A DNA stretch of 64,000 bases from the human T2T-CHM13v2.0 reference genome, Homo sapiens: assembly GCF_009914755.1 (NCBI RefSeq), contig NC_060930.1; one strand, 5' to 3'. The notes beneath the pieces were generated by a model that worked only from the letters and a program-made list of their open reading frames with translations, searched no databases and had not been told where the DNA came from. The position numbers and the translations under genes were made by a program. Positions 39,321 through 54,247 of this stretch are shown here, in pieces. Numbering within the stretch: position 1 is the stretch's first letter; each line of letters begins with the position of its first letter.

Positions 39321-41685
39321 TAATTTACACTAAAAGAGTTCATTCACTTACTAAGAATTTGTCTTGTCTAAGTAGAGCAAGAGTAAACTGTCTATAATTT
39401 TTCTTTAAGCTTGCAAAGGAGTGAATTTCCCTAGAACACACATGTCTAATTGGTTCAAACCAGTTCTTGTCAGTGAGCTGCTGGGGGAAGAGTTGTCAGT
39501 GCCTAACTGAGTACCACACATGTGTTTGCAAACGTCCTGATGTCAGAAGGATTTAACACTCTTTGGAATTATATTACCTTTGTGTAGAAAAACTGGTATG
39601 TGGAGTTTTGAAAATACATATATTTCTTAAAATTTCACTTCCTTTGTTGCTTTCTCCCTTAGTAGGAATCTATTCACTACTGTCTGCTATGACCCTCAAA
39701 AGTTTGGTCTGCTTAGGTGCTTCTGTGGAATACTGTCTCACTGAAGTTATTTGACAGGCGAGTAGGAGGGGCAAACAGTGTGATTTTAGCTACAAGACAA
39801 AAGTTCAGTAGATAAGGCAAACCTTTCACATTCTGAAAGTCAACATGGATGTGGGATCAGACTTAAAAAGGAAGCAGCAGCCCTGGAAATGGGGAAGGAA
39901 GCTACAGAGGAGTCACTCCACAAAGAGAAACAACTCCAAGGAGCTCTACTCTTAGAGGGGGTAGAAGCTGGAGAGGGAGGGTCCAGCGGCAGCCAACTAG
40001 AAAATAAGCTGAGGCCCTAAGTGGGCAAACATTCCCACACCTACCTCGACTCCTAGGCCAGGCTATTGCAACAGAGAGGTAGCCTAAGATGAAGAGAAAG
40101 AGCAGACCCTGCAATGTGCAAGAGGACAAGTCAATCCCCACAAGCACGTGTAAGTCAAGCCTCTGGTCATGTTGTGCCTGCTAACATCCCATTGGCCAAA
40201 GTAATTCAGATGGTCATGCTCAAAGACAGATGTGACAGCAGGTGCTCCACCCCCATCTAGCACACTGTCACATGGCAGAGGAAGAAACGAGAATGATCCA
40301 GATTGATGACAGTGCAGCCAGGAGGACAGTGTGTCCCCCGCTCAGGATTGGACTCCCCACCAGAGGCAACACTTCCCTCCCAGCTCATCCTCGCCAACTT
40401 GGCCATGAATGTGGCTGATATAAGCCCACCAGTGGGGAGGAAGTACAGGAAGGCCTTAGGCCGTGTTGCCCATCTCAGTGTGGTAGAAGCTGCAGAAGTT
40501 GCCCGCGGTGAGCTGGCGCGTGTGGTTCTGGTGGGTTCTGATGCCCAGACACAGTTCCTCTAGTTGTTAGAGCTCTGCTTGCCAAAAAGACCTATTCTAC
40601 TGCTCCGATCACAGGTCTCATCCCTTGCATCTCCACCCCTGGAGGGCATCTAGGGGAGCAGCAGGACCAGGCCATGGGCCAACCTTGAGCCTGGGAGGCC
40701 AGGCTGATTATCTGGGGGCAAAATAGTGCTTCCCTAAGTCTAGCACGTGAGGAGTGAATTGTCTGCCCCACCCCAGGCCAGTGAACTCAGGTCTGGGCTT
40801 TGGCCTGGCTGCTGGGCCTAGGAGTGGAAATGGGCCTAGGAGTGAAAGGGGGGAGTTGATCCATCGAGGCTGGGTCATAGGTGGATTCTAAGGGAAAGTT
40901 TAGCCACAGAGAAGGAGCAAGTGGGTTTGAGAGACAGGAGCCTCGAACTGCTCTGGGACTCAAGAGCACTGGGCAAGAAGGTTGGCATCTGTGCCAACCC
41001 CAGGGAAGAAAAGGAAGCTGTGTGGGCACCCCACCCATTTGGATAACTACTCCATTTTGCCAATAAGAACCATGGAGCTTGTTAAGAATCAATGAAAGGG
41101 TCACTTCTGTCATGCCATTAGGATTATACCATCCGCTCATTTGAATTATTTTCTAATTAGATGACCAGCTAATCAATAATGATCCCTTAGTCAATAATGT
41201 TTGGATAAAAGGGCTTCTACTATGCGGACTGACAGTCAGGATCTAGGGTTTAAAATTTTTTTTTCCCCAATGAATTGAATGATCAGTTTACATGCACATG
41301 GCACCTTTAAATGTTTGGATTAGGCTGTGTAGAGTTAGCAGACATGCCTGCAGGATGTAACCTTGTGGAATTTCTTGCAGGAAGATGCTGCAGCGACAGC
41401 AATGACAAGAAGGCCCCTGCCAGTTAGTTGCTGAGCTGGCTGCAAGGGGGCATTGGGCTTGGGTGGGCCAAGCTAGCCCTGGGCCTCATCCCCACCTGCA
41501 AAGGAACTGCCAGCAGTGCTGTGAGTGGCCAGAAGCCAGCCCAAGCTGGGAGGTGGTGGTTCTACACAGGCCAGCCGGGTGGGTCGGCATTAATATTTGC
41601 ATGATGTCATGAAGGGTCTCATTTCACCAGCACGCACTTCCTAGCCTAGAAATTCAAAAGCCTCATTCTTTGCAGCCTGGAGGAA

Positions 41686-41996
<311 letters not shown>

Positions 41997-42428
41997 TAAA
42001 AATGTAGAACCAGAAGCAGGAGGGGGGAACTACTCATACCTGCCATATACGTTCTTCAGAATATGTATCTTTCACAACTGAAAAAAAAATTAAAGAAGGA
42101 AAGATGACAATCAGGGGGTTTTACACAAGATCTCTCTGGGCAGGTTTCTCATTTTTCTCTGCCAGATGCTGCCTTCTGCGGAAGACAGATCATGGGGCAA
42201 AGGAGGGCTGAGCTCAGGGCTTCCTGCCCTGGCCCTTGGTTTCTCTCCTGCAGAATATGGGGGCTCGGCTGGATGATTTCTGAGGGCAATCCCCCGCAAC
42301 CCCGACTAATAGTCTTCTATGATTTGAGGCTCTCAGCTCCTTTTTGGCACTATTTATGTATTTATGCCTTTACTTACTTTTGGCTGAGTTTTCATTTTAC
42401 TCCTAAATAGTACTTGGGTTTATGCCAG

Positions 42429-42762
42429 TGTAACTGTGGGACCAGCTGAGACTGATTAGCCATTGCTTAAGTTGTCACAGGTAATGCAGAGCCAAAATTG
42501 CCCGGGCATGTGCAATGGGAAAAGTGTTAACCTCCTTATTGTTACCACCACCAGCCTGGCAGACCAGCTGCATTGACATCACCTGGGACCAGTAAGAAAG
42601 GCCACAGAAGCTTGACCCACACCTGCAACTGGGGAGACGATTTGAGCATCGCCTCCCCTGTCCTTGCCAGTTGATTCACAAGAAAGCTTTTTCTTTCTCA
42701 TTAGCCTCTGCATGGTATTGGTTTCCATGTGTGTTAGACAGTGAGCCCATTGCTCAGTAACA
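42429..42762 (+). mobile_element. Probable old ERV solo LTR (family uncertain)
   Basis: TGTAACTG start and CCCATTGCTCAGTAACA end, with LTR-like internal sequence. Confidence 0.5.
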
Positions 42763-42858
42763 CTAACAGGGTCAAAGGCACAAAAGTCAGAAGAGTATCC
42801 TATTTATATGTCTTTAATTACCTATGTTTGTAAAGAAAGTGTGGGGGACAAGCACCAT

Positions 42859-43165
42859 CTGGGCACAGTGGCTCACACCTGTAATCCCAGCACTTTGGGA
42901 GGCCAATATGGTAGGATTATTTGAGGCAGGAGCTCAAGACCAGCCTAGGCAACATAGTGAGACCCCTGTCTCAACAACAACAACAAAAAATTTAAAATTA
43001 GCACGACATGGTGGTGCGCATCTGCAGTCCTAGCTACTCAGGAGGCTGAGGCGGGAGGATTGCTTGAGCCCAGGAGTGAAGATTACAGTGAGCTATGATT
43101 TTGCCACTGCACTCCAGCCTGAGTGACAGAGTGAGACTCTGTCTCTTTTAAGAAAGAAGAAGAAA
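42859..43165 (+). mobile_element. Alu (AluJ)
   Basis: Dimeric Alu with the AluJ-type GGATTGCTTGAGCCCAGGAG. Confidence 0.93.
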
Positions 43166-43859
43166 AGGAAGGTGTGGGGCAGAGATAGCTCCAGGTGGTC
43201 TGCCTTCTGCAGGGGTTCCTGCCAGGTGCCAGGAGCCTTGTCAGTCAAAACCTGAGGATCTCACTTGGGATTGTTGCCTTATCCACAGGAGAGACAGCAC
43301 TTCAAAAACCCCTAACCCGCCCTGAGCATTCACAGGCTCCTTAAGACTCTATTGTCCTCTTCTGAAGTAGAATGCACAACCAGATTTGTTCCCTATTTCT
43401 AGAAGATAAAATCTATAGACTGACTTTATGTTTAGGCATTGCAATGAACTCAACTGTCTACCTCAAACAGAATTTAGGAAAATATTTAAATTCACACAAA
43501 ATAAAATCTGGCAGTTTATAACACTGCATATATATAATCCAGCCCCATTTTACCTTAGGCCCTGTGATAGGAAGCATGAAAGTGCTCCAGTGTCAAGCTC
43601 TGCAGCCAGGCAGGGGATGAACACATAGCCTTGTTCAGGGAGTGTCACAGTGTCCAGATTTCTGTCTAGGGAGGAATTTATTGTTTGGTTTGGATCCAAC
43701 CTCAAAGATAACCACCAAAAAGAGAGGAATTTCAGAGTGCCTTAATCTATGCTGCAGTACAGACAGAACAGGAGGAAGCTCTTTAGAGAAAATAGTCACT
43801 CAGATTTAGACGAGAAAATTAAAGGATCATTCCCCATAAGAGAAGCATCTCCTGGAGGC

Positions 43860-44405
43860 AGCATCCACTCCACTTTTCACACTTGATGTTTCCAGTTCTT
43901 CCTGTCTCATTTGTTCCTCGGCCTATCCCAATCAGGTTTGCACCTGCAACTCTCCACAGACACTACCCTTGACAATGTCCTGGACCATTTTCATCCAAAT
44001 CCCATGGACAATTCTCAGTCACATCTTACTTGACCTCTTAGTAGCGGTTAACCAGTTGATCACTTCTCCTTAAAACACTTGACTTCCAGGTCCCCACACT
44101 TGCACTAATTTCCTTTGATCTCACTGGACTCTCCCTCACAATCTTCTTTGCTGTGTTCCAGGACTCAGTCCTCAGCCTTCCCAAGGCAATTTCAGTCACT
44201 GTCATGGGTTCCATGTTATTCGTACATTGATGGTTACCACACTTATAGCTCCTGTCCTGATCTCTCCCTTGATCTTGGATAACTGCCAGCTTGACATCAC
44301 CTCTCAGATGTCTGACAGGTGTCTCAGATTGAATATGGAAAACCAGAACCCCTGATTCCCTCCCTTATCCTCACCATACCCCTGTCTTCTCCACACCACC
44401 AAGTA
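43860..44405 (+). mobile_element. L2 fragment
   Basis: TTCTCAGTCACATCTTACTTGACCTCT...GTTGATCAC...CCAGGACTCAGTCCT, an L2 RT-region remnant. Confidence 0.7.
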
Positions 44406-44526
44406 GTATAGGCATTAATTGCCCTTGAAGGGGATTTAAAAAGGATATGAAAACCGTTTTTCAATCTTTGTGTGTCACTGTCCTAAAATTTCTATCTCAT
44501 TGCTTTTAAAAGAACCAAAATATGGG

Positions 44527-44822
<296 letters not shown>

Positions 44823-45033
44823 GGAAACAAAATATGTTCTGGCTCAGATAAAGCCCATGCCTAATTTTAAGAAATCCTAAAACATAGATCCTCAAGTAGT
44901 ATATATGGAATGAAAGAACGAATGAATGAATGAGTCGGAGGAGGTAGGGGACTTAAATAACCACCCTAGGTCTTTAGGGCCTCATTTATCTAAGGCATTA
45001 TCCTCATTTACCAACATGTCAGTTTTTTTAGAG

Positions 45034-45375
45034 CAGGCATCCCTAACACCCCGCTGCAGACTGGTACCAGTCCGTGGCCTCTTAGGAACCAGGCTGCACA
45101 GCAGGAGGTAAGTGGCGGGGGGCAAGCATTACCACCTGAACTCCGCCTCCTGTCAGATCAGCAGCAGCATTAGAGTCTCCTAGGAGCACGAACACTATTG
45201 CGAACTGCTGCACATGCGCGGGATCTAGGTTGCGTGCTCCTGATGAGAATCTAATTGATGTAAGGAGGAACAGTTTCATCTCAAAGCCATCCCCCTTCCC
45301 TCCCCACCTCCATCCATGGAAATATTGTCTTCCATGAAACTGGTCCCTGGTGCTGAAAAGGTTACGGGACCACTG
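45034..45375. mobile_element. MER1B-like (hAT-Charlie) element
   Basis: CAGG...GGGACCACTG ends with a perfect 8-bp TSD TTTTAGAG. Confidence 0.9.
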
Positions 45376-45678
45376 TTTTAGAGACTTAAGAACCTCTCTC
45401 TGGCTGGCTAGAGTTCTCAGCTGTTATCTGTGGGCACTTCTCTGCCCAAACTCCTAGCCCTGAGCACACTTGAACCATTAGGCTATACAACTCTGATATT
45501 GAAATAGCAGCTTAAATTTAAAATTCTAGGTAGAATACACTAGGCCCAGCATACACCAGTCTACTCTACACTAATTCAAAAACACTTAAAATTGACCACT
45601 TGTTTCTGTTGCTTTTCAGGTGGTTCAAAAATAAGGTGCCAAATGTGGCCAACTGTGGCCTCTGCCAAATGTGGACAA

Positions 45679-45915
45679 CTGTAATCCCAACACATTGGGG
45701 AGCCAAGGTGGGCAGATCACAAGGTCTGGAGTTTGAGACCAGCCTGGCCAATATGGTGAAACCCCGTCTCTACTAAAAATACGAAAATTAGCTGAGCGTG
45801 GGGGCGTGTGCCTGTAGTCCCAGCTACTCAGGAGGCTGAGGCAGGAGAATTGGTTGAACCCAGGAGGCGGAGGTTGCAGTGAGCAAGATTCTGTCTCAAA
45901 AAAAAAGAAAAAAAA
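45679..45915 (+). mobile_element. Alu (AluS), 5' truncated with a right-arm deletion
   Basis: Begins CTGTAATCCC and lacks the CCACTGCACTCCAGCC segment. Ends in poly(A). Confidence 0.92.
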
Positions 45916-46192
45916 GGAAGAAAGTGGACAATATCAGTGTAATACAGATATTCTCTTTTTGCTTTAAAAATTTTCAGTTACTTCCACTCTTGATATCATC
46001 TCCCTTTTGAGGACAATCCTCCTTTTACGCACCTTCTAACAGATCTTAATATTAAAAATACTGGTGATGATGGAATGGAAAATGGGGCAACGAAACCAAT
46101 AATGGAGGGGAAGTGTGATGTCATTAGGTGTAACGTCATTTGTCTGCATCTAAATAAAAACTCTCAGCATGTGCTAGAAAGCTACAGGCTGG

Positions 46193-46492
46193 CTTTCTTT
46201 TCTTTTTTTTTTTTTTTTTTGAGATGGAGTCTTGCTCTGTCACCCAGGCTGGAGTGCAGTGGTGCAATCTTGCCTTACTGCAACCTCTGCCTCCTGGGTT
46301 CAGGTGATTCTCCTGCCTCAGCCTCCTGAGCAGCTGAGATTACAGGTGCCTTCCACCACACCTGTCTAACTTCTGTATTTTTAGTAGAGACAGGGTTTCA
46401 CCATGTTAGCCAGGCTGGTCTCAAACTCCTGACTTCAAGTGATCCATCCACCTCGGCCTCCCGAAGTGCTGGAATTACAGGCATGCCCAGCC
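46193..46492 (-). mobile_element. Alu (AluS)
   Basis: Antisense Alu with TSD-like AGAAAGCTACAGGCT / AGAGAGCTACAGACT. Confidence 0.94.
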
Positions 46493-47790
46493 GAGAGAGC
46501 TACAGACTTTCTTCTGCGGTTTTGTGAGTCAGGCTCTATGAGAATATGTGGATAGGGAAGTCAGCTGCCCCTTCATCTGTGACTTACCGAGGTGAGGGCG
46601 GGACCGGATGTGATGAAGGACAAAGAACAAGAGGAGGTGGCCCTGACAGAGCCTCACACCGGCAGCCATCTTTGCTGTGGCCATGGGAGCCGGCCTTGGC
46701 GCCTTCTATTCCCCTGGGACTTTTCCTTCTCTTCCTCTTTTTCTTCCTTTTTATGGCTATAATTCTTCCCTGTTCTCCTCTCCAAATTCTTCCTCTCCTC
46801 CCTCTTTTGGAGTAGCAGCCTCAGTCCTTACTTCTCGAGGTCAAATGAAGAGGGAAAAAGGGAGGAGAGGCCTCCCCCACGGCCCCCCTTCCGCACCATA
46901 GGAAGTCTCTGCTCTGTGAAGGAGGAGGAAGGAGGCAGGGAGGGAGTGGAAATCCTGTTTCGTTCCTGCTGCCCCTGAGATACTTGCCCAGGTGCCCACT
47001 CACACCAGGGCTGGTACGGCAGGCAGTGGGAAGGGACCCAGGAACAGCGCCCATCCGCCCTCTCCCCAGCCCCTTTCTAGTTGCTCAGGACTCGGGTGCC
47101 TGGCCCAACTCACTCTGTCAGGGCTGCTGAGCTCCTCCTCTCCATGGGACCCCAGTAGGGGCTTGGTGGAAGGGAAGCCCTCCTTCCACCGCCTAACAGG
47201 ATGAGGTGAGGTACAGAATCAAACCATAGAGTCACTGTCAAGGCTGGTGGCTGGGAGGATGTGATGGGGGAAGCAAGGGAGCAGGGAAGAAAGGAGAATA
47301 GCTTCCTGACAGTCTAGGTTGATATTTATTTCTCCATAGAGAAGTCATTGAAAATAGTGCATTGTTTCTTACATGTTTCTATTCTCACATACAGAATATG
47401 TCTATGCACACACGTATGTACAGTTGTCTCCTGAACAACTGGGTTTGAACTGTGTGGGTCCACTTATACACAGATTTTTTTCAATAAATATATTGGAAAA
47501 AATTTTGGAGGTTTGAAACAATTTGAAAAAATTCAAAGACAAACCTCAGAGCCTCAAAAATATCAAAAAAAAAAAGAAAAAAGGTTAAGTGAAGTTATGT
47601 CATGAATGTATAAAATATATGTAAATACTAATCTAATTTTTTATTTACTGCAAAATACACACAAATCTATTATAAAAAGTGAAAATTTATCAGAACGTAC
47701 ACACACACTTACAGATCATACATGGCACCGTTCACATTCAAAAGAAATGTAAGCAAACATAAAGATATTGTATTAAATCATATGGCATAG

Positions 47791-48752
47791 TCCTAGCTAG
47801 AGCAATTAGACAAGAGAAAGAAATAAAGGCATCCAAATTGGAAAAGAGGAAGTCAAACTGTCACTGATTGCCAATGATATGATTGTATACCTGGAAAACT
47901 CTAAAGACTCATTCAAAAACTCCTAGATCTGATAAATGAATTCAGTGAAGTTTCAGGATACAAAATCAATGTAAGCAAATCAGTACCACTGCTATACACC
48001 AACACGACCAAACTGAGAATCAAATCAAGAACCCAATCCCTTTTGCAACAGCTGCAAAAAAGAAATCATAGATGACACAAACAAATGAAAACACATCCCA
48101 TGCTCATGGATGGGTAGAATCAATATCATGAAAATGACCATACTGCCAAAAGCAATCTACAGATTCAATGCAATTCCCATCAAAATACCATCACCATTCT
48201 TCCCAGAACTAGAAAAAACAATCCTAAAATTCATATGGAACCAAAAAAGAGCCCACTTAGCCAAAGCAATACTAAGCAAAAAGGACAAATCTGGAGGTAT
48301 CCCATTACCCAACTTCAAGCTATACTACAAGGCTGTAGTTACCAAGACAGCATGGTACTGGTATAAAAATAGGCATGTAGACCAATGGAACAGAGGAGAG
48401 AACCCAGAAATAAAGCCAAATACTTACAGTCAACTGATCTTTGACAAAGCAAACAAAAACATCAAGTGGGGAAAGGACACCCTATTCAACAAATGGTACT
48501 GGGATAATTGGCAAGCCACATGTAGAATAATAAAACTGGATCTTCATCTCTTACCTTATACGACAATCAATTCAAGATGGATCAGACTTGAATCTAAGAC
48601 CTGAAGCCATAAAAATTCTAGAAGATAACATCAGAAAAACCCTGCTAGACATTGGCTTAGGCAAAGAATTCATGACCAAGAAACCAAAAGCAAATGAACA
48701 AAACCAAAAATAAATAAGGGACTTAATTAAACTAAAAAGCTTTGCACAGCAA

Positions 48753-48791
<39 letters not shown>

Positions 48792-49757
48792 CAGCAGAGT
48801 AAATAGACAACCCACAGAGTGGGAGAAAATATTCACAAACTATGCATCAGACAAAGAACTAACATCTAGAATCTACAAGGAACTCAAACAAAAGAGCAAG
48901 GAAAAACAAATAACTCCAGCAAAAAGTGGGCAAAGGACATGAATAGACAATTCTCAAAAGAAGATATACAAATGGCCAACAAACCTATGAAAAAATGTCC
49001 AACATCACTGTAAGAGAAGTACAAATTAAAACCAGTGAGGTACCACCTTACTCCTGCAAGAATGGCCATAATTTGAAAATCAAAAAACAACAGATGTTGG
49101 CATAGATGTGGTGAAAAGTAACGTTTTACACTGCTGGTGGGAATGTAAACTAGCACAACTACTATGGAAAACAGTATAGAAATTCCTTAAAGAACTGAGG
49201 TAGAACTACCATTTGATCCAGCAATCCCACTACTGAGTTTCAATCCAAAGGAAAAGAAGTCATTACATAAAGAAGACACTTGCACATGCATGTTTATAGC
49301 AGCACAATTTACAACTGCAAAAATGAAACCAACCTAAATGCCCATCAACCAATGAGTAGATAAAGAAAATGTATACACCATGGAATACTGCTCAGCTATA
49401 AAAAGAACGAAATAATGGCGTTGCAGCAAGCTGGATGGAGTTGGAGACCATTATTTTAAATGAAGTAACTCAGGAATGAAAAAATAAGTATTGTATGTTC
49501 TCATTTAGCTAAACTATGAGGATGCAAAAGCATAAGAATGATATAATGGACTTTAGGGAGCCAGGGAGAAGGGTGGGAGGTGGGTGAGAAATAAAATACT
49601 ACACATTAGGTTCAGTGCACACTGCTGGGGTGATGGGTGCACCAAAATCTCAGAAATCATCATTAAAGAAATTTTCCATGTAACCAAAAACCACCTGTTC
49701 CCCCAAAACTATTGAAATAAACATTTTAAAGAAAAGAACAATTATAGTAAAAAAAAA
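47791..49757 (+). mobile_element. L1PB-like 5'-truncated LINE-1
   Basis: ORF2 remnant at 48110-48604 ([26 protein letters not shown]...[10 protein letters not shown]), a 3'UTR ending AAAACTATTGAAATAAA, and an A-rich tail. Confidence 0.93.
48752..48791. repeat. (AAT)n microsatellite inside the L1
   Basis: About 13 AAT units. Confidence 0.95.
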
Positions 49758-49763
49758 TCATAC

Positions 49764-50092
<329 letters not shown>

Positions 50093-52553
50093 CTATAGTA
50101 CATACAGCACTACTGTAATAATTTCGTAGCCACTTCCTGTTTTTATTGAGGTGAGCCCAAGTGTTGTGAGTATCCATTTAAAGACTGTATTATGCTAATT
50201 ATCTCCGTATGATTAGTTCATCTCTCCAGTAGGTTGTGTACACCAGTAAAAAGTGATCTCTCACAGTTCTCTTGCATTTTTCATTGTGTTTATGCAATAC
50301 CATAAACCTTGAATAACATCATGGGACTCATAGGAAGTGTCACTAGTGATGCTGGAAGTGCTCCCAAGAAGCAAAGTCATGACATTACAAAAAAAAAAAA
50401 AAAACTTAATTACTTTATGTATATCATAGGTTGATGTCTGCCATTGCAATTGCCTGCCATTTCAAGACAAATTAATCTGGTGTAAGGATCATTGTAAAAA
50501 AAAAAAAAGAAAAAGAAAAGGAAATTTGTGAAACCATCCCTGCATCTGTCAGCAGGCACAAAAACCTTGTACTTTTTGTGAAATACACCTTTTTAATCTT
50601 GTATTGAAAATGCAACTTTTGTGTGTGTGGTTGCAGGATTGCTGTAAGAAACGCATACCTACAGACTCTAATATGATTAGAGAAAAAGCTAAGTCACTAT
50701 ATGACACCTTAAAGCAAAGGAAGGTGAAGAATGTAAAGTTGGAGAATTTAATGCCAGCAAAGGATGGTTTGATAATTTTAGAAAGAGGCTTGACTTTTTA
50801 AAACATCAAGATAACATGAGAAGCAGCTTCTACTGATGAAGAGGCACCAGATGAGTTCCCAGGCACCATTAAGAAGGTAATTAGGACTTGCCTGAATAAA
50901 TTTTTAATGCAGATGAAAGTGGCCTATTCTGGGGGAAAAATGCCACAAATGACATTTATTAGTAAGAAGAGAAGCAAGCACCAGGATTTAAGGCAGGAAG
51001 GGGTAGCTAACTGTACTGTTCTGTGCAAATTCAGTTGGGTTTGTGATCAGGATTGCCCTTATCTGTAAAGCTGTTAACCACTGAGCCTTAAAGAGAAAGG
51101 ACACACACCAGCTGCTAGTCTTTTGGTTGTACAACAAGAAGGCCTGGACAAGAAGAACCCTTTTTTCTGGATTGGTTTCATTGATGGTTTGTCACTGAAG
51201 TCAGAAAGTACCTTGCCAGTAAGGGATTGCCTTTTAAAGTTCTTTTGATATTAGACAATGCCTCTGGCCACTGAGAACCCCAGAAATTTAAAGGTGAAGT
51301 GGTTGAAGTGGTCTACATGCCCCCAAACACAAAGTCTCTAATTCAGCCCCAATATTAGGAGATCATAAGGATCTTTAAGACTCATTACACATGGTACTCT
51401 ATGGGAAATGTTGTCAATGCTATGGAAGAGATCCCTGATTAGAGAGAACATTATGAAAGTCTGGAAGGTTTACGCCATTGAAGATGCCATCACTGTTACA
51501 GAAAAAAAACATGGAAGCCATCAAGCCCAAAACAAGAAATTACTATTGGAGAAAACTGTGTCCACACGTTGTACATGACTTCACAGGATTTACAACAGAG
51601 CCAATCAAGGAAATAATGAAAGGGATTATGGAAAAAAAGATAGGGGTAAAGGGTGTCAAGATACGGTTCTTGGAGAAATTAAAGAGCTAAAAGACACCAC
51701 ACCAGAGGAATTAACAAAAGATGACTTGATGGAGAAGAGTGACGCCAAACCAGTGCCAGACTATGAAGAGAAAGACAGATGAAGCAGTGCCAGAAAACAT
51801 TAGACAATCTGGGAGAAGTCTTCTGATTATTCAAGACTGCTTTGAATTCTTTTATGACATGGACTCTTCCATGATACTGGCACTGAAACTGAAGCAAATG
51901 GTTGAAGAATTGGCACTGTAGCATAGAAACACTTTTAGAGAAACAAAAAAGCAAGAAAGTCAAACAGAAATTATGATGTCTTTCTATAAATTTATACTGA
52001 GTGCCTGCCTCTCCTGCCCTTCCTGCCTCCACCTCTGCTGCCCCAAGACAGCAAGACTAGCCCCTCCTCATCCACCTTCTCCTAAGCCTACTCAACGTGA
52101 AAACAAGGATGAAGACCTTTAGGATAATCCACTTCCACTTAGTAAGCAGTAAATATATTTTCTCTTTCTTATGACTTTCTCAAAACATTTTATTTTCTCT
52201 AGTATATTTAATTGTATGGATACAATATATAATACATATAACATATAGAATATGTGTTAATGGACTATTTATATTATCTGTAAGCCTCCTGGTGAACAGG
52301 AGGTTATTAGTAATTCAGTTCTGGGGGAGTCAAAGTTAGACCCAAATTTCTGACCTGCACAGGGGGTTGATGCCCCTAACCCTCCATTGTTCAACTGTCA
52401 ACTATATACATACACAACATGTAGTTTTATACTTCAGAAATATTACAGATGGAACAGGGTTTTTGAGGATAGTCTAGGACCCAATCACCATTTATTTTAA
52501 GAAGTGCACACATGCAGGAGATAATTCAATAAACCCTTAAGTCCTTGCATTAA

Positions 52554-53027
<474 letters not shown>

Positions 53028-53824
53028 TGAATTTGAAGATTTTGTTTTTGTTTTTTTTCAGGCTTAAACTCTTTTTTTTTTTTTTTTTTTGGTTCACGTG
53101 TCCAGCACCATGATGAGATTTTGTTTTTGAGAACATCTTGCAAAGCTCTATTGCATGATCTTATTTTAATGATTCTCACCACAAGATATCCCAGCCACAG
53201 GATACTACAGTCTGGTCAATACTTGTCCTTGTTAATCTCTTGTGTATTACCTCATCTCAGTTATGAGACATCAAGGACATGATCATTTTAATCTTTTTGT
53301 TTCAGGTAGAAACTCTAAGGTTATATTGGTTTTCCGTGCTCAAAACTTAGGATTATAGGCAAGTAGCATCTCAAGGGTAACTGGGTGAAGTGAAGCAAAA
53401 AAGCTTTGGGGCAGGAGTAAAGAGAAAAATTGGTTAAGGCGTAATTGGTATCTTTTTCTCCCCCACTCCCTGGGTACAGAAGTCAGGAGAGAAGGAAAAG
53501 GAAGACAGATTTTATTTTCCAGGAAAAGCAAGCACTGGTAATTCCTATACTGACACAATGTATCTCAGCATGGTGTCCAAGAGGGAGTATGGGTTGGTTA
53601 TGTGACTTTAAATGTGTCGCTTCATCTCTCTGGGCCTCCATTTGGATTGAATTGGCACCCACTAACCGTACTCCTTCCCCTTCATCTATGGAAAACCAGT
53701 TTTGTTCAGGCGGTCACTGCTCAGGAAAGTTGTGCCCCACTTTCAGCCTCGGGGGATGAATCTGATTGGTCTGAGCCAATCACAGTAATTTCCCCATGCT
53801 AGTGATTGGTTTGGGGTGGCCATG

Positions 53825-54247
53825 TGTTATGGGTTGAATGGTATCCCCATCCACCCTCAAAAAAAAAATGTTGGAGTCCTAACCCCTAGTATCTTAGAAT
53901 GTGACCTAATTAAAAATAGGGTCTTTACAGAGACAATTGAGTTAAAAAGAGGCCATTCAGGTGGATTCTAATCCAATATTACTGGTATCCTTATAAAAGG
54001 GGAAATTTTGACACAGAGACCTCTCTAGAGGGAAGACCATGTAAAGAGACACAGGGAGAAGATGCCATCTCCAAGCCCAGGAAAGAGTCTGGAATACACC
54101 TTTCCCTCAGAGCCCTCAGAAGGAGCTGATCCTGTTGACACCCTGATGCTGAAATTCCAGCCTCCAGAACTGTGAGACCATCAATGTCTGCGGTTTAAGC
54201 CATCCAGTCTCTGGTACTTTGCTAAGGCAGCCCTGGAAATTAATACA
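53825..54247 (+). mobile_element. MLT1B/C-like MaLR solo LTR, apparently inside an older LTR (~53690-54600)
   Basis: TGTTATGGGTTGAAT...CCAGCCTCCAGAACTGTGAGA...GCAGCCCTGGAAATTAATACA. Confidence 0.85.

Noticed and set aside
40813-40847. Direct repeat TGGGCCTAGGAGTG(G)AAA x2
   Set aside because: A small slippage duplication with no functional indication.
48110-48604. 164-aa ORF
   Set aside because: A fragment of L1 ORF2 in a truncated, stop- and frameshift-ridden element.
50320-51990. Possible domesticated TIGD/CENP-B-like gene
   Set aside because: The transposase has many stops and frameshifts, so it is a neutral fossil.
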